Shown one piece after another: positions 37,800 to 52,729 of a DNA stretch of 64,000 nt. A model generated the notes under the pieces. The model was not told the origin of the DNA and did not search any database. It worked only from the letters and a program-made list of their open reading frames with translations. The translations under genes and the position numbers were made by a program. Every line of letters starts with the position of its first letter. Position 1 is the first letter of the stretch. Source of the stretch: Azolla caroliniana (lineage: Eukaryota > Plantae > Polypodiophyta). The stretch covers positions 25,234,001 to 25,298,000 of the forward strand of contig JBHGNT010000004.1 in the NCBI GenBank assembly GCA_043228905.1. The letters run 5' to 3'.

Positions 37800-40700
37800 A
37801 TGACGGTGAAGATGTCGAACAGCTATTCATCTTCCATTTTTTCTTCTCTGAGAGAAAGAGAGCTGCATCTCCACAAAGGTACTACTGATTCTTTCGCTTC
37901 ATTGTGATTTACTTCGATGTTTCTGTCTTTTTCTCTGCCGGTTTGCCTTTCCTTTATATTTCATTCCTTTATTTTATTGTCTAATTGTTGAGGATGTCTT
38001 TCTCCTGCTTTATTCCCCTTTCATTCCGGAATTGATTGCTATATAGATCAGAACGTCGCACGGTTGCTGGATCTAGATAACTGGTGGTGCTATTTCACGA
38101 TGATATAAATAACTTGATAATCAGACGTGTAGGTCATGATAATGCTCTTTTTTCTGATAGCGAATTTGATTTCTTCTTCTGAAACGAGTAGAAATTATTT
38201 CTAAGGAAAATTTTCAGTGATTATTAAGTTGGCGCTAGCTTTTTCTTAAAGCTTGCGGGGAATGATGATAACATACAACAAAATGGAAAAATACATTGGA
38301 AATGTCCGTTTCTGGCAGCAAATAAGCTGTCGATGAAGATAAAAATGTGTTTGTTTTTTACTCTAGAGATCTTCTCCATTTTCTCTTAAAGGTCAATTAT
38401 GTATAGTACTTTTTACTACCAATATCTTTGCAGCTGATCACAGATATAACTGGTTTGCAAATGATGCATACATTGCAGAACATAAAAGCTAGTAGATAGG
38501 AAATCTTAATGTACTCATGTCAGTAACTTTGTAAAATTTATAACTTTGTTTTGTAGCATCCAATATTTGTCTCTTCTTACGTCACTAGTTATGTTAATGT
38601 TATGGCAAATGTTTCATACATCCTTGAAATTATGTCTAGTTTGACATCCTTTTCTCCAAAACCAAATAGACATATGTGAGTACGAGAATATGTTACATAA
38701 ACCACGATATATATTTGTAACATCATGAAGATATACTTGTTAAGATTTGCTGAATTATGTGTCTACAGACAAAGAAAACTTATTCTCTTCAGATTACAAT
38801 TTCACAGTTCACAATAGGCCAAGTGTAGCTTCCATGACAGCAGATGGAGCTTGTTCAGGCTCAGGCGTCTTGGTTGTTGAGCCAAATGGGATATCTGCCC
38901 CCCCTCTTGCAATTTCCTTTGGAAAGGTGCCTCCATTTTAAAATACGAATTCAATCCCTTTTAAATGCAAATGGATATATATTATGTATGTACGAATTGT
39001 AATTAGCTTGAAAACTAATTATAACCCGAAACACAATAATTGCTGCTGCAGACAGTAGACAGGAGCCACTTTCTGGCGGTTGCTGATGAGGAAGGGTTTG
39101 TGAGCATTTTTAATACACGCAGAAAACTACCTTCATTTCACAACTCTCGACTAGCCACAGGTGATTGCAGTTTCATATACCTTAATTTAAATCCAAATTG
39201 TGTTAAAACGTGAGATTCTTACTGTAAAACACCCATACATGGCTTGAAGGCAATGTTCGGAAAGAGATTTGGATGGCTCACAGCAATGCTGTTTTTGATA
39301 TTTGCTGGGTTCAGGTGTGAACATTTAAAGTAAATTGCAGAAATTCTATGTTATCTCCTTTATCTATGCAGAGAAGAATTTTGATTGCATGTTGCTTGTA
39401 TGCTTTTTCTTGATCCTCAAGCTTGAAGTGTGTGATGAATTGAAGTGTTTTTTATAAACGCAGGAAGATAGGCACATGCTGACAGCTTCAGGAGACCAAA
39501 TGGTGAGCAATAAAACAGTACCAAATTTTATAGTAGTCAATCCTATGGCAATACTGTTTTACATGTAACTTGATTTACCGTTTATTATAATTCTGAATCA
39601 TCATTAATATAGGTTCGTTTATGGGATATTGAGGCTAGAGCTGGCCTTGGAGTAATGAGAGGTCACACCGGAAGCGTTAAAACTTTGTGTGGCCATCCAT
39701 CACAACCAGGTATGTGATTATAATAAGCAAAGACCATAGGTATGGATGGATACTTAAAGGTATCTCATTAATATGCAAAGACAGTAGCAGGGGATGAATA
39801 CATACGGGTACCCAGTTAAAGAAAACCATTTTATGCATGATCAAGAAATTTTTTACTCACATCACTCTCTATTTCAGAGAGAAATCAGCATATGAAACAA
39901 ATCATGATACACAAACATGCGTGATTTTAGGCTTTCCATACTAAAAACAAGAATTAACTCTCTGGATTTTGGAAAGGTCTATGATACTGTTCTTAAATAA
40001 GAAACCTAACGATGAATTTGTGGACATTACTCTCTTTCTACAACTTTAAAGAGCAGGGTAAGTTAAGATTCTTTTATTTACCTTAGATTTTAAGAATATC
40101 TTATTTGGAATGGTTGAACCTTGTTTATTCAAACGATAGGGTGCATATTATAGACGGCTTTTTATTCTTTACCTGATAGAAATTATCATCGTATATTGCC
40201 TGTTACTATGATCATTGTTATATGGCTACTGTTCAGTAGCGGTGATGTGGATTAGTGCATTGCATCCTTCTAACATTTGTGTATTATCAATAATATAACA
40301 ACTTTTACGGAAAGAAATAAATAGTGACAAAACAGTTGGTTTATTATACAGAACTTTTTGCATCGGGATCCAGGGATGGAAATGTAGCCATATGGGATGT
40401 TCGCAGTAGCTGGTCTCAAGTAAACAACCAGAGATGCTTCCAGTATGTAAAAACCTTTTTGTTAATACTATGCATTGTCGTTAGTAAAATGACTAACATA
40501 ATATCATTACCAATTTCAGTGCTTCCCCACCAAGTTTTCGTTTTTACTGTCCCTCGGCTATTTCTTTATGCTTCTATGAATCCCTGTATATTTTATATCA
40601 TGCTTTTTACAATTTGTATACACTATGAATATTTGTTTCTCGGTTTCATTGATGTTAAATCTATATTAGAGAGATCAGTTTTGAGTTTGGACACGGTGGC

Positions 40701-43155
40701 CTAATACTAAATACTAACTACTAACTACTAAACGTGTTTCAAATTACATCGTAGAGAATTTGCTTCTGTAAGGTGTTTTACCAATAACGTACTGATTACA
40801 TGTTACAGGCCTGTTTCGATAATAAAAGATGCTCACATTCCGAATACACCGAAAAGAACAAGAGGGTCAAAGGTGAGATAAGAAAATAATTCTTGGAAGG
40901 AGTAATGAAAGTTTAATATTTCTCTGAAGTTGCCCTTTAACGAGTATTGCAATATCGATAGTACCTCTTGGAAGTCCTTGTTGAGAATAACTTTTATATT
41001 ACGCAGGCAACCACCAAGAGCGTCACAGCTGTCCTCTATCTCAATGATGATAGGATTCTTGCTACTGCAGGAGCAGCAGATGGGTATGAGAATTATTTTC
41101 GTAAAAATGTGTTTACTTTTAATAATTGTGAATGCTGGAGCTAGTCAAGTTTAGAAAAAATGGAAAACAAATATCCATTCCTTGTAAATGTTGCCAGCAT
41201 TGTCTCATTATTCTAGCATTTTACGTTACTACTCAGCTTTGAAAGAACTCCATAGCGAGCAGTAAAGAAAACATCTTGTCTCTGTCATAACTGTAACATC
41301 CTATTTTGATGGCAGGGTAGTAAAATTTTGGGATACAAGACAGCTTAAATCACCTGTTGTGCAAACTCCTGCACAGGCTCAGGCATCGTTAGATGGAAAG
41401 GTCAATATCCAAGATTTAAACATACTACAAAATTGGCATAATGTTCCAATCTACAGTGTTTCATTCCATACTTACACAATGATGCAGGCTGCTATGCTTC
41501 ATTTAACACTTAATTTTGGAATTACCAGGAAAAACGAGTACATGGTATTTCTGGTCTATCACAAAACCCATCTGGAACCTTTCTTATAGCCTCATGCACG
41601 GATAGCAGGTAATTTTCTCATAAACCTTTATTTTCACTTAGTCAAAGATGTTGAAATGTCTATCACAAAACCCATCTGGAACCTTTCTTATAGCCTCATG
41701 CACGGATAGCAGGTAATTTTCTCATAAACCTTTATTTTCACTTAGTCAAAGATGTTGAAATGCAGACTAATGTCCTTCAAAATATATGCAGGGTCTATGT
41801 TTATGATGTTCGTAATCCAGAGGGAGGCTCAGTAAAGAACTTTCATGGCCATATTTTAGGGTCCTTTTATATCAAGGTGAGTGTCGAGTTATGCACGAGC
41901 TACCAGGGTTATTAAAATTTGTTAATCTGATAGAATTGAAGCACTACCCCATCTGTCTTATCTAGTGAATGATCCTCCGAATTTTGTATTGTAGGCAGCC
42001 TTCAGTCCTGACGGAACTCACATTTTGAGTGGATCCTCCGATGGAAATGTCTTTATATGGCAGGTATAAAAAAACAAATGTTCAGGATTTAAAAGAATAT
42101 CTAAGACTCTTATGACATTGAGAAGAAGAATTCTAAAAAATATTTGTTGATTTAAAATAGATGGATAACCCAGGTAATGATCCTGTGATACTAAGAGGGC
42201 ATCATGGAGAAGTCACTGCTGTAGATTGGTACTACCATAATTTCTTTTCTCTGTTTAGTTTCGTACAAAATACACTGCGCTCAAATGTTTAGCTGAAAAA
42301 CGTTTTTATTAACATTGCTTCTAGAAGCTGCAATATCTAGACATGTTAATACATTATTAACATTGCTTCAAACAATAGGCAGTTCATCGTATAATGCTCC
42401 GCATGCAGAAGTGCAGTGTTTATTTCATTAATCTTTATCACCTGCGACATTCTGGATAAACTTTTCATGTGCTCAGGTGTCCAACGGACTTTTGTAAGGT
42501 TGCGACGTGCTCTGATGATTTTACAGTAAGCCACTTCACCATATCAACGATATTCCTTACGTTGTCTACCTTTCTCATGTTTTGGGATCGAAAAGTCATA
42601 AAAATATATATACGTGATATAATGATGCAGGTGAGGGTGTGGAACAATTTAGAACCAAAGTTTGAGTCAGTAGGTAAACCACGGCCATCAGTTATTAGAA
42701 GAAGAATTAGTGCAGATCCATGCTTAAGCTCTGATGAGACACTGACATGCGGTGACAAGATGAGTTGTGAAATAGACGGAATCAATAGTAAAAAGATTCA
42801 AGATGTTTCTCCAGCAAGCCCGTCCTATCGAGTCGCATCTAGTAAGCTACAAACTTGCGAGATTTACAGGCATAGAACTCAAGAAGAACAAGAAGAAGAG
42901 TCAGGTGTAAGTCAGAAAAGTTACGAAGAAACCCCAATTACAGCGAAAACTAAGTTGGACCTAAGCCTAATTAGATCGAAAACCAATTTAGAAGAAACCC
43001 CAATTACATCGAAAAGACCACCACCAATATCCAGTTTATTTGATAGTGTATCAGTAGCTAAAAGCCCCCTAGCTGATCACAGTCCAGCATCTGTTCTAAA
43101 TCCGCCAAACTCTTCAAAAAGAAGGAAAACTATCACAGACTACTTCGGACACTGA
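37800..43155 (+). CDS. CDT2: Denticleless / CDT2, WD40 substrate receptor (DCAF) of the CUL4-DDB1 E3 ligase
   Basis: Exons 37800-37878, 38808-38926, 39052-39160, 39250-39314, 39464-39502, 39613-39709, 40352-40442, 40809-40872, 41007-41083, 41316-41400, 41529-41608, 41792-41876, 41995-42063, 42161-42228, 42477-42525 and 42631-43155, all GT-AG and phase-consistent. Motifs: LAVADEEGFV, WMAHSNAVFDICW, TASGDQMVRLWD, GHTGSVK, SGSRDGNVAIWDVR (WDxR), KSVTAV, AGAADGVVKFWDTR (WDxR), SFYIKAAFSPDG, GHHGEVTAVDWCP, TCSDDFTVRVW. The start could be 37800 or 37812. Confidence 0.93.
41554..41762. repeat. Exact 104-bp tandem duplication of the 3' half of CDT2 exon 11 plus its donor and intron start
   Basis: GTCTATCACAAAACCC...GATGTTGAAATG occurs at 41554 and 41658. 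Confidence 0.95.
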
Positions 43156-46100
43156 GAGAAGAAGATTTTACATGTAAGCAAAAGGGCTGACTATTTTGGA
43201 CACAAGAAGAAGAATGACTGGGTAGCATGTGAATATCTGGATTACACAGCAAATCAATGCAACAAAAAGCTTTCAAAAACTTCCAATGCTTGTGATGTAT
43301 AGATGTTTTGATTTGTTGAGAGGGGTGTGGCATGTATATCGTATCTCAACTACGATGCAAATACTATAGAGGTAGGAGTGTGGCTTCAAATCTTGCGTAT
43401 AGCTTCTGAGAGAGAACGTCGATATATTTATTATATACAATTTTTTCCGTTACATTCATCAAATTTTTTGTCTGTTAAGCTACAAATTGCGCTTGCAAAT
43501 TAATGTAGGTTTAATCACCTGATTAACAATTTTCCATGGGCTTCTATAGTATATGCCATTTGAATTTGTAAGGATTTGTAGTTTGTGCGAAGATGAATGT
43601 AATGTTCGATATCCCTCGTTCAGCTTCTATCTTGTGAAAACGTATTTTTCTGAGAATAGTTGGTCCTTTGGGAGGTGTCTTTGATGTGAGGTGGTGCATT
43701 GGGGTCTCAATTGTGGAGACTCATTTTGTAGGGATTTTTCCCCAAAACACGGTCAATTGTACTGCATTGAAATGCTTCATCTTTAGTGACTTTACATACA
43801 TTTCTATATAGGCAAATGTTCAATTGCAACACTCACATTCAATTGCAGTGTTCATGAGTAAAATTCTTGAACAACAAGAGTCACTTACAAAGGAAGACAT
43901 CAGATTTGATCTTGGAAGACAATAATTAATTGATGTATTTGTCCCTATATCTCAACACATATATATGTATAAAAGACAATGTTGTGCTGCTACTAATTTT
44001 TCATAGTTTATCATGGCTCATCAAGAATTCTTCTTAGGGATGAAATCTCTTGAATAATAATACAAGGAAGCTTAATGCACACAATGCTATTTCCTTCTAT
44101 TATCACATTGATGAGGTGGAAGCAAATTTAAGAATTGTTCCAATCCGATCTTCTTGTAGTGCTAGGCTTCCATGACTTCAAAACAACAATAAGCACCCTC
44201 CATTCTTGGGGTCGACATTTTCTAAGTTCATTTTAATAAATTTCTTGTGCATATTACATTTATAAAAGATGGATAGTAAAGTTATACACAATAATGGTAT
44301 GAGTCTAGCATGACTACACAAGAATTATAAGAGTGGAATTGAAATGCTTCCCTCAAACATGGAGAGTGCAATTGTACAAAAAAGGAATGTCAAAAGGTGT
44401 AGTATAAATGTTTATTCTAGAAAGAGATTAGCCAAAAGCGATAAAAAATCACAACAAGGTTTACTTTGGGGAAACATGAGAATCCTTTAGACATAGAAGG
44501 ATCAGAATGGAAATCCTTGTTACTGAGCAATGCATAGGCCATCTATGTAAAGGTAACATTAGAATCCTTTAGGCATTGAAAGATTCTAACGGAAAATCCT
44601 TGTTACCTAGCAATGTGTTGGACATCTACTCAAGTGCAAAGTTTAAAATCTCTGAATACAGTGTTGTGTTGGTAACAATTTATTTTTTGGGAGATATGTA
44701 CGCCAATTCAAACTCGTGCGACTTCCCTCATTCCACCAATGTATTCTAGAACAATAAATTATTGATGTAGCATAAAGTGAAGATAATGAAACGGCATCCT
44801 CTACACCACTTGATTAACATTTGGTGGCCCACCCATGCATGAGAGAATTTGTAGAGGCCAAAGTAAGGTGGACCCCTTTGATACAACCTTATGGAATTAT
44901 TTTGAGTGCAATTTACTTTCATTTTTCAAATTAAGATTTACATGTCATTCACATCCCACTTGCATATTTATTTGTTCTTTACTGCATGGCAAGTTTTTGC
45001 CCAACGAATCCAACCTTTAATGAAATGTTTCATAGGGATATCCATGCGTACCATGGGTCTAGACAATGTGGGCCCACTCTACCATCACTACTCACCCAAA
45101 GTAATGTTTCAAGTAAACTACATTCTTATTCATAAAATGCCATGTCGTTTCTATTGTCATAAAGTTTCGGTTCAAAATTTTGAATGTTTCTTGTCTAGCT
45201 AATGTGATGCATGGAAATGTGTAAAAAGAGCTTTTAGGAGATGTTGCATTGTGCTCTTAATCTTAAATGTGTAACCTATGAAAAAACTCCAAATGATAGC
45301 GAGTTTGCTCTAATAATAGGCATGGAACCATTTGTATGTATTACTTGCTTCTTTTAAAAAAGTGGTGACCTTTTTGTCTATGTATCTACTCTTGTAGAAG
45401 ATACTAGAGAGAGTCCTATATATATTACCTTATTTGTCAAGTGAATGAAGCAAGTAACATTTTGCCTCTACACTAGAAATGAGCATTGTTCTTTAATGCG
45501 TTCACAACATCACCTCGGCAAACAAATTGATCCCATTATATTCAAAACCTAGTGTGCATGGTTAATCTTCTCACAATGGACGTTGTTAGAGAGTATTCAT
45601 CCTTATCAAACGTGCAAACGACACAATAAAACTATCAATTTAGATAATCCAGGACATAATATATAGTATTGGATTGGACTATATTGTAGCACATTATACA
45701 TATGATGTGAGCAAGTCTATAGGCTATTAAGAATAGAAATAAGTGGAAACAAACAAACCAGGAATACCTTTTTTCTTCCTAGGAATTACATTTTTCAAGT
45801 TTGGTGCAAGTATTTGAGATCAACCATAACAAAAATGAAAACTATGCAAATGACACAGTCACTTTGGATGTTTCAAAATTTTGAAAAGTAGCCTTTGGCT
45901 AGAAATTGTGCCCAACTTTTCTAGATTTCATGAGTTGATAATCACCTGATCAGAAACTATTGATCCCATCCCAATTTCATGCTTTCATGATTTGTTCATA
46001 TAATTTCACAAGGCAATCTATTGTGATGATATGAAACTTGGCCACACATTCAGTCCATTGATGAGCTAAACCATGTGATCGAGCATATGCCCACATGGTA

Positions 46101-49100
46101 ATCAAGTGAGACATTGCTAACAGTGCATATGCATCATAGTGCGCAATAGTATTGCCAAGAAAACAATCTCGATGTGCGGATCCAAAGAGTTGTCTTGTGC
46201 TTGTTTTATCTAACATGCAAAGGACCCAACCTACAACTGAATATCCTAGGAAGCCCTTGCACGTTTACCGAGTTTCCGCTCCAAATAATAGTAAAAAACA
46301 AAACAAACATTTAGAATGTACCAAAAACAAAAAGACCTGTCCCCCCAAAAGAAACAAAAGTATTGGAGTACAAATAAAAAAATGGAAGCGCATAATTACA
46401 AGATAATCATTTCCCGACAAATTTTTTTATAGACATGTGTTTTGCGCATGTTTCCATAGTATCGGTTTCCACACCAAGTCATTTTTTCTACTTTTATTCT
46501 TTAAGAAAAAAATATTGCATCAATATTAAGAAACAATATTATTATAGTTCTAATCCTATTTCGATTGAAATTCTAACCTATGGTTAAAGTAAAGTATGCA
46601 AATCCATTACCGTTTACCATTACTAAACGGAACAAGTTATAACCTTGTAGATTGGTGCTTTCCATGGGATAGGCTGTTGGTGCATTAAGAATACCCTAAC
46701 TGCAATCAAATTTTGGTTTCATATCTACCTCCAATTCCCATAATGATAAACCGCAACATGAACAAACACTGGTGCAAATGATATTAGTCTAAACAATAGA
46801 GCTATCCTTTGACATGAATGCATTGTTCTTACAAATCGGCACAAGATAATTTGATGTAGTATGATTTATAGCTATGATCGCTTGATACAATAACCTGAAT
46901 GACACTTGATACAACAAACACTCTTATTTTCTATATTGGGAAGGCCGTTGTCATTAATCAACAACCATTTTTACTCCATGTTAGATTTAGTCGACAATAG
47001 GATTTTACTATGAGTGACTATTCATTGAACAAATAGGTGTTGTATTTGTTCTTATGTATGTGTATGCATGTATGCAATTATTCTTGCAATTTAAGACATA
47101 AATTTTTTGACACTTTTATGTGTCCCATCTCACAAGTTTTGTTTGACCATAAATTAATCTCCCTTGTAGTTTCCTTTAGGGATTTGACACTTGTTATTAG
47201 TTAATTCTAAAACATTACACTTGTTGCTTAAAACTTTTCGCCTATAAGCTACTTAGTAGGTTCTCCATTTTTGCGCCACCTTGAAATCATATTTTGAGGT
47301 TTCAAAAAACACAATAATCGTTGGTACGCCATGTACATTAATTTACCTAAGTTGTTGGATCCAAGACTATACATTCAATTCACTCTAGTAGTGTTGTAGG
47401 GCTCCCTCTTGTTGTTTCTATAAACACATTTATGCAAACTGCAAAAGGATTTATTTTTAAATTGATGAAAGTTGTGTAGGTCACATACTATGATTGTTAA
47501 ACTCTCCTACATTATTTTGATTTTCTTAACCTTATCATGTTTCCTCATGTTGTCCCCCCCCCCCCCCCCCCCCATGAGGTGCGGTACTAAATGTTTGTTT
47601 CTATCCTTGACAGATCGTTTGATGGTATTTGCTTGTAGCATGTTATTCCACCCTCGAGGACAAAATCTCCATCAATGTTCTTACGCATGATATGAAAAGT
47701 TCCAATATATTCTGATATCCCGTGCTTCTTGAGTTTCAATTTGGTGCTCCTCTCAATGCAATAAGACACAAACAATATTTTAAGTTTATCTCCTATGCTA
47801 GATACCCTTAACGTTATATGCTCGTATGGTGATGTTCCTATGCAAGCTTTTACTGTTTGTAATGCTTTGTCATGGAAATTCAAAAAGGAAACTCTGTGTA
47901 TGGTGGATACTTTGGTTTGTCTAGTGTCACATAATGATGTGACAATGAGAAGAATTCGGAACACGACATTTTCTTAATGCAAAGATAGTCATGTAACATT
48001 GTAGTGCATGATTGTGTACTTGAAGACTAATCTTATGACATTCACTCTTGACATGAGAATATTGTTTTCCGTGGAATTTATCCTATGCATTTGTAAATTC
48101 CAAGATGTGACAAGAGAAGCATATCCACGAAAGAAGATTGCCTTCTTCTATGTGGACTGCAGTGCAATCGAATAACAAGACATTGGATGAAATAGTACGT
48201 AATTATTGATGTGTGGGTTCTAGAAGTAGATATTGAGAAGCAAAAATAATGAAAATCATCATTCAACTCAAGATCCTATATGTATGGCTTATAAGTGACT
48301 GATAGAGAGGAATTATCATTTGTGTTTGTGTCATATAACTCAAGGATAATGGATGGACGAGCAACCTATCGGATTCATATAGTGTATGTAACCACGAAAA
48401 CCGTAATCAAAGGTGTTACCTCTAATTGTGTGTTTCTTAAATTCTCACACAAGAGAAACTTATAAAGTCATCTTCTTGAAGCACCTAAAGACCATTGGCC
48501 TATGCCTTTTCAAAACAAAAGTTTGCACATTCCATTGCTCAACTGCATTAGAACAGAATTCCATAATGCATTAGCTCATAACTTCACCATTCTTCAATCT
48601 AAGAACTAGGTAATTGAGTTGTCCAAAATATCTTAGACAACATATTTTTTAAAAGAAAAGGGTGAGGTTACATATTGGTTGAATTGAGATCCACACACAC
48701 AGAAACACTTTTTATAAAACCCATCATGGTGTTGGTCATTATTCTAGAGGAATTAATTAGGTGAATGTTCGATGAACATGAATTCAAGCATCTAAAATTG
48801 ATAAAGATCTAGGTAAATGAGGTACTTGTGATTAAGTAAGAGTGATGAGGTGATGAGCCAAACATGAAAACTTTGGCTTGAAAATGGTGAAAACCCCATA
48901 TTTGTTTTTTGGCTTTTCAACGAATAAACAAGTTCCTCAATGATACAAGTCTTCAAAATAAATAAAATGTTTGAGAGATTGTAGTGGTACACTCCCGTAG
49001 AATGCTGACACACAAATGAATTCATGGATACACAGAGCCCAAGTTCATGCGATAAGGGCATACACCATACATGCCTCTTATCAAACCCATAAAATGTTCA

Positions 49101-50029
49101 ATTACATCTAAAAAATGACTCCTTAATCATAAAAATAAAATGCATACAACCATTATTTCATTCTAATTTCTCACATATAATGTTTACGAAGACTTTTCAA
49201 GTAAAGGGAACTGAGTAGGTATGTTTGTCAAGGTCTCCAATTCCCCCTACACTTTGGCTACTACCCCCTTGCTTTAAAGAGCTTTGGTTATGTATACCTA
49301 TTACCATCCCACTACACTTTCAAGCCCTCAAGGGTCTTGGTCAAAATTAAAGCTATGGTATCATAGCTTGAGTCGAACCATGGCGCAACACTTAGTTGTC
49401 CTCATCTCCGGTTAAATTGAGGCAAAGGTCTCATCATTGTGGGAACCGGTTTCTGAAGGCTATGATAAAGTTGTCTTGTCTCATCATCTAACCTAGTGAA
49501 CCATGCCTAGTAAAAAGACTATGTATACTCTACTATGTGCATATGGAGTTGAACCTTCAAAGGAAAAGCCATTAAAACTCTGTTTTCTGAGTTAAACTTG
49601 ACTTTTGAAAGGGAGTAGAAGAAGAAGAAGACAAGGAAGCGAGGGACAACAATGATTTCCTAAATTAAATCATTTATTAAAGTACTTTATCCCTGTTTAA
49701 AAATATTTAAATAGACTTTAAAAATAAATCCTATTATTTTACTTTATTTTAAAATTTTCAAGAGAAAAACAAATGAAGCCTCCTTTTTTTAAATATGAAA
49801 CAAAATAAAAAACATAAAAAAGGATATTTATTTCGAAAATAATAAATAGATAAATGAAAATTTTGATTCAAAACAGAAGCAGAAATAATAAGGACGTACA
49901 AGGTTTTCGAGGGTGGGGGGGGGGGACAGCATTAAATGCTTTGTCCCCGCACGCGTGCTCTCGTTTTCACACTTATCCGGACACCGCCCATCTTTTCACA
50001 TTTGTCCGGACACACACACACACACACAC

Positions 50030-50083
<54 letters not shown>

Positions 50084-52729
50084 CTTATCTAGATATGAAG
50101 AAGATGCAACCTCAGTGTCCGTCTCATCGATAACAACGTTTTGCATGAACACTCTCAAGTCTTAAAGAGTTAATCAATACATTCTTAGAGATAGCTATCA
50201 CCACATTCTAAAAATTCCACCACCATGAACATAGAAACCCCGACCGTTTTGTTTCAGTTTTACGTTCCATCTACTCGGCACAAAAGCTTGAGTTACCTAG
50301 AGTCCTGTTATTTAAGGGGCCCACTTAAAACGCAGGCATACAAAATGTATATAATACCTAATTGGCTTATCTATCATTAACAAGTCGAAGCTCAATGGAA
50401 TATGATATTCTCTTTATATCCCAAATGGTTGACTGTCTCTTCTCGTTGTGCTATGATTGATAACCACTTTTATATATAATGGGATAGAACATACACCATT
50501 TCATGGTGGATCGAATTGGTGTGCGTCAATGGCTTCTTTGGTACCGCACAAAGTTGCAATTACTATGTCATTATATATATATGTATATATATATGTATGT
50601 ATGTATGTATAATATCACAAGAAGCATACCTAAGAGTGTAACCATTTCTTTGTAGATTACATTAAATGTACAACCATGATAAACAAATCACTCGAATTTC
50701 ATGTTTCTTACTTTCGTGTTGGCCACTACTTCATATTAAGTCATCGATGTCTATATTGTAGTATTCCAATTTCTTCACCCTTTCACCAATAGCATCCTTT
50801 TAGAAGCATACTTGGAGCCATTAGTTCAAAGTGGACACACCATGCAAACCTTGACCAAATGTAGTTGGAAACATTCGTTGACTAGGGGACTATATCAAGC
50901 TTGCGACTTCTCTCCCCCTAATGATTGAATATCCACACCTGTGTATAACAAATCATTTCACAAGCTTACTTCTTCTGTCTCCTCGAGATCCCATATCCTC
51001 GAAGAACCTAGAGCTCAACTTGACATCCATGTCATATATCACGTGAACTTCTAGTTTATACAATAACATGATGTTTTTTCACATATCTACAATGTCTAGT
51101 GAAAGGATGTGCCAACTACATGTCTTATTCATATGGGAAACTTTACTGTTGACAAGTTGGCTAGAAGAATTAATGCAAACTCCAACCATCCACACTAAAG
51201 TGTTAGGTATATTGGTTAACAAGTGATCATTTTAAGAAAAAAGGAAAGTTAGCCCTCAATTTAATGATACAAAAGTGTGTGTATCACAACCTCTATAATA
51301 AGCTATGTGGCATCAATCTCAATTTTCCTTTGTAGAAGAAAGTTGGTTTCCATGTGTTGTGCAATGAGGCGATGCAAATTCATGATCAAGGAAACATATC
51401 AACCTCTATAATATGTTATGTGCCATCAATCTAGTGTTTCCTTTGCAAAAGCAAGTTCTTTTTTATGTTTTGTCCAATAAGGAATGAAGGTGATGAAAAG
51501 TAATGATCAAGGAAACATATATCCTAGAATGACTTGGTCGTCATCCCATGGTAACATTGCATGCAACATGACTCGACATTGATTTCTTGTTAAGAATACA
51601 TATTACAAGTGATATAGAAGTTTGGCTCTTATAGTAGTGTGGCCCAAGGTAAAGTAGAAAAAATAAAAAAATAAGGGATCGCTTGGTGTCTTCCTTTCCT
51701 GAGTCAGGTATCTTAAATAGGAAACACGTATTGGTGTGGTACTTGACATACATACTACATAGTAAAACAAGCTAGCTTGGGCCAATAACATGGATAGTCC
51801 TTGTATGTGTACATGACTTTGATGACATTGAATAACTTAAACTACAAAAAACATTCAATGTATTTGTCTTGCATAATCAATAGCTTCTAAGAAGAGTATA
51901 TGACAATTGCATTGCTTATTTGTACTATAGGGATTGCATGAGGTGGTTCATCATATTCATAGGGAATGAGATAAGTAATGCATCCCTCAAGCATGGAAAT
52001 ACATGTGAACACTTTTTAATGATAATAAAGGGAAGGATGGTGGACTACCTTGCCAATGATCTCTTTTCTTATAATAACATGAAATAGACATAATAGTGTT
52101 TAGTCTCCAAGTATATAGCCACCCCCCATTCACATGGATGTCCAAATGTGTACACAACCAATGTGAATCCTATGATGCTAATATTCCTTTTTGCAAAGAG
52201 ATCACGAACTTCAATGTTCATGGCAAGAAAGTTATCGTGCACTTAATAAATACAAAATTATGTGTTTTAATACAGAAACTTAATGCCACAATAAATACAT
52301 CCTATGGCCACATGGCTTGGTTACTACTCTCAACTTCTTGATGATAAAACAAAAAGGAATCAAAGGCAAGATCTTGAACAATAAGTGGTTTATTGATGGG
52401 AAATTATGTCTATTGATATATCTCATAACGTAATCATTTCATGAAGCACCACCAAAGGGGATGCAACGTAGTTATGAGCTCAAGGAGAATACTTTTTGAG
52501 CTTATCACTATATTTATATAGGTCTCTAAGTCCACCATTCAACTTGGTCAAGGAAACCACCCATAAACCTAAAGTTAAAACAATATGTGTGGTCCAATCA
52601 CCAAATCCTAAGACGGTCACAACCTACAAGTAAATGAGAAAATTGATATTGATACGCGTCATTTCCATATTTGACTATACCATGACAATCTATTTCTTCA
52701 TTTCATTAGCATAACTACTACCATTTATA

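Noticed and set aside
50298-50340. Hairpin followed by CTAG on the minus strand as a Helitron 3' end
   Set aside because: The spacing is too short, the hairpin is AT-rich, the next base is not T, and no Rep/Hel remnant was recognised.
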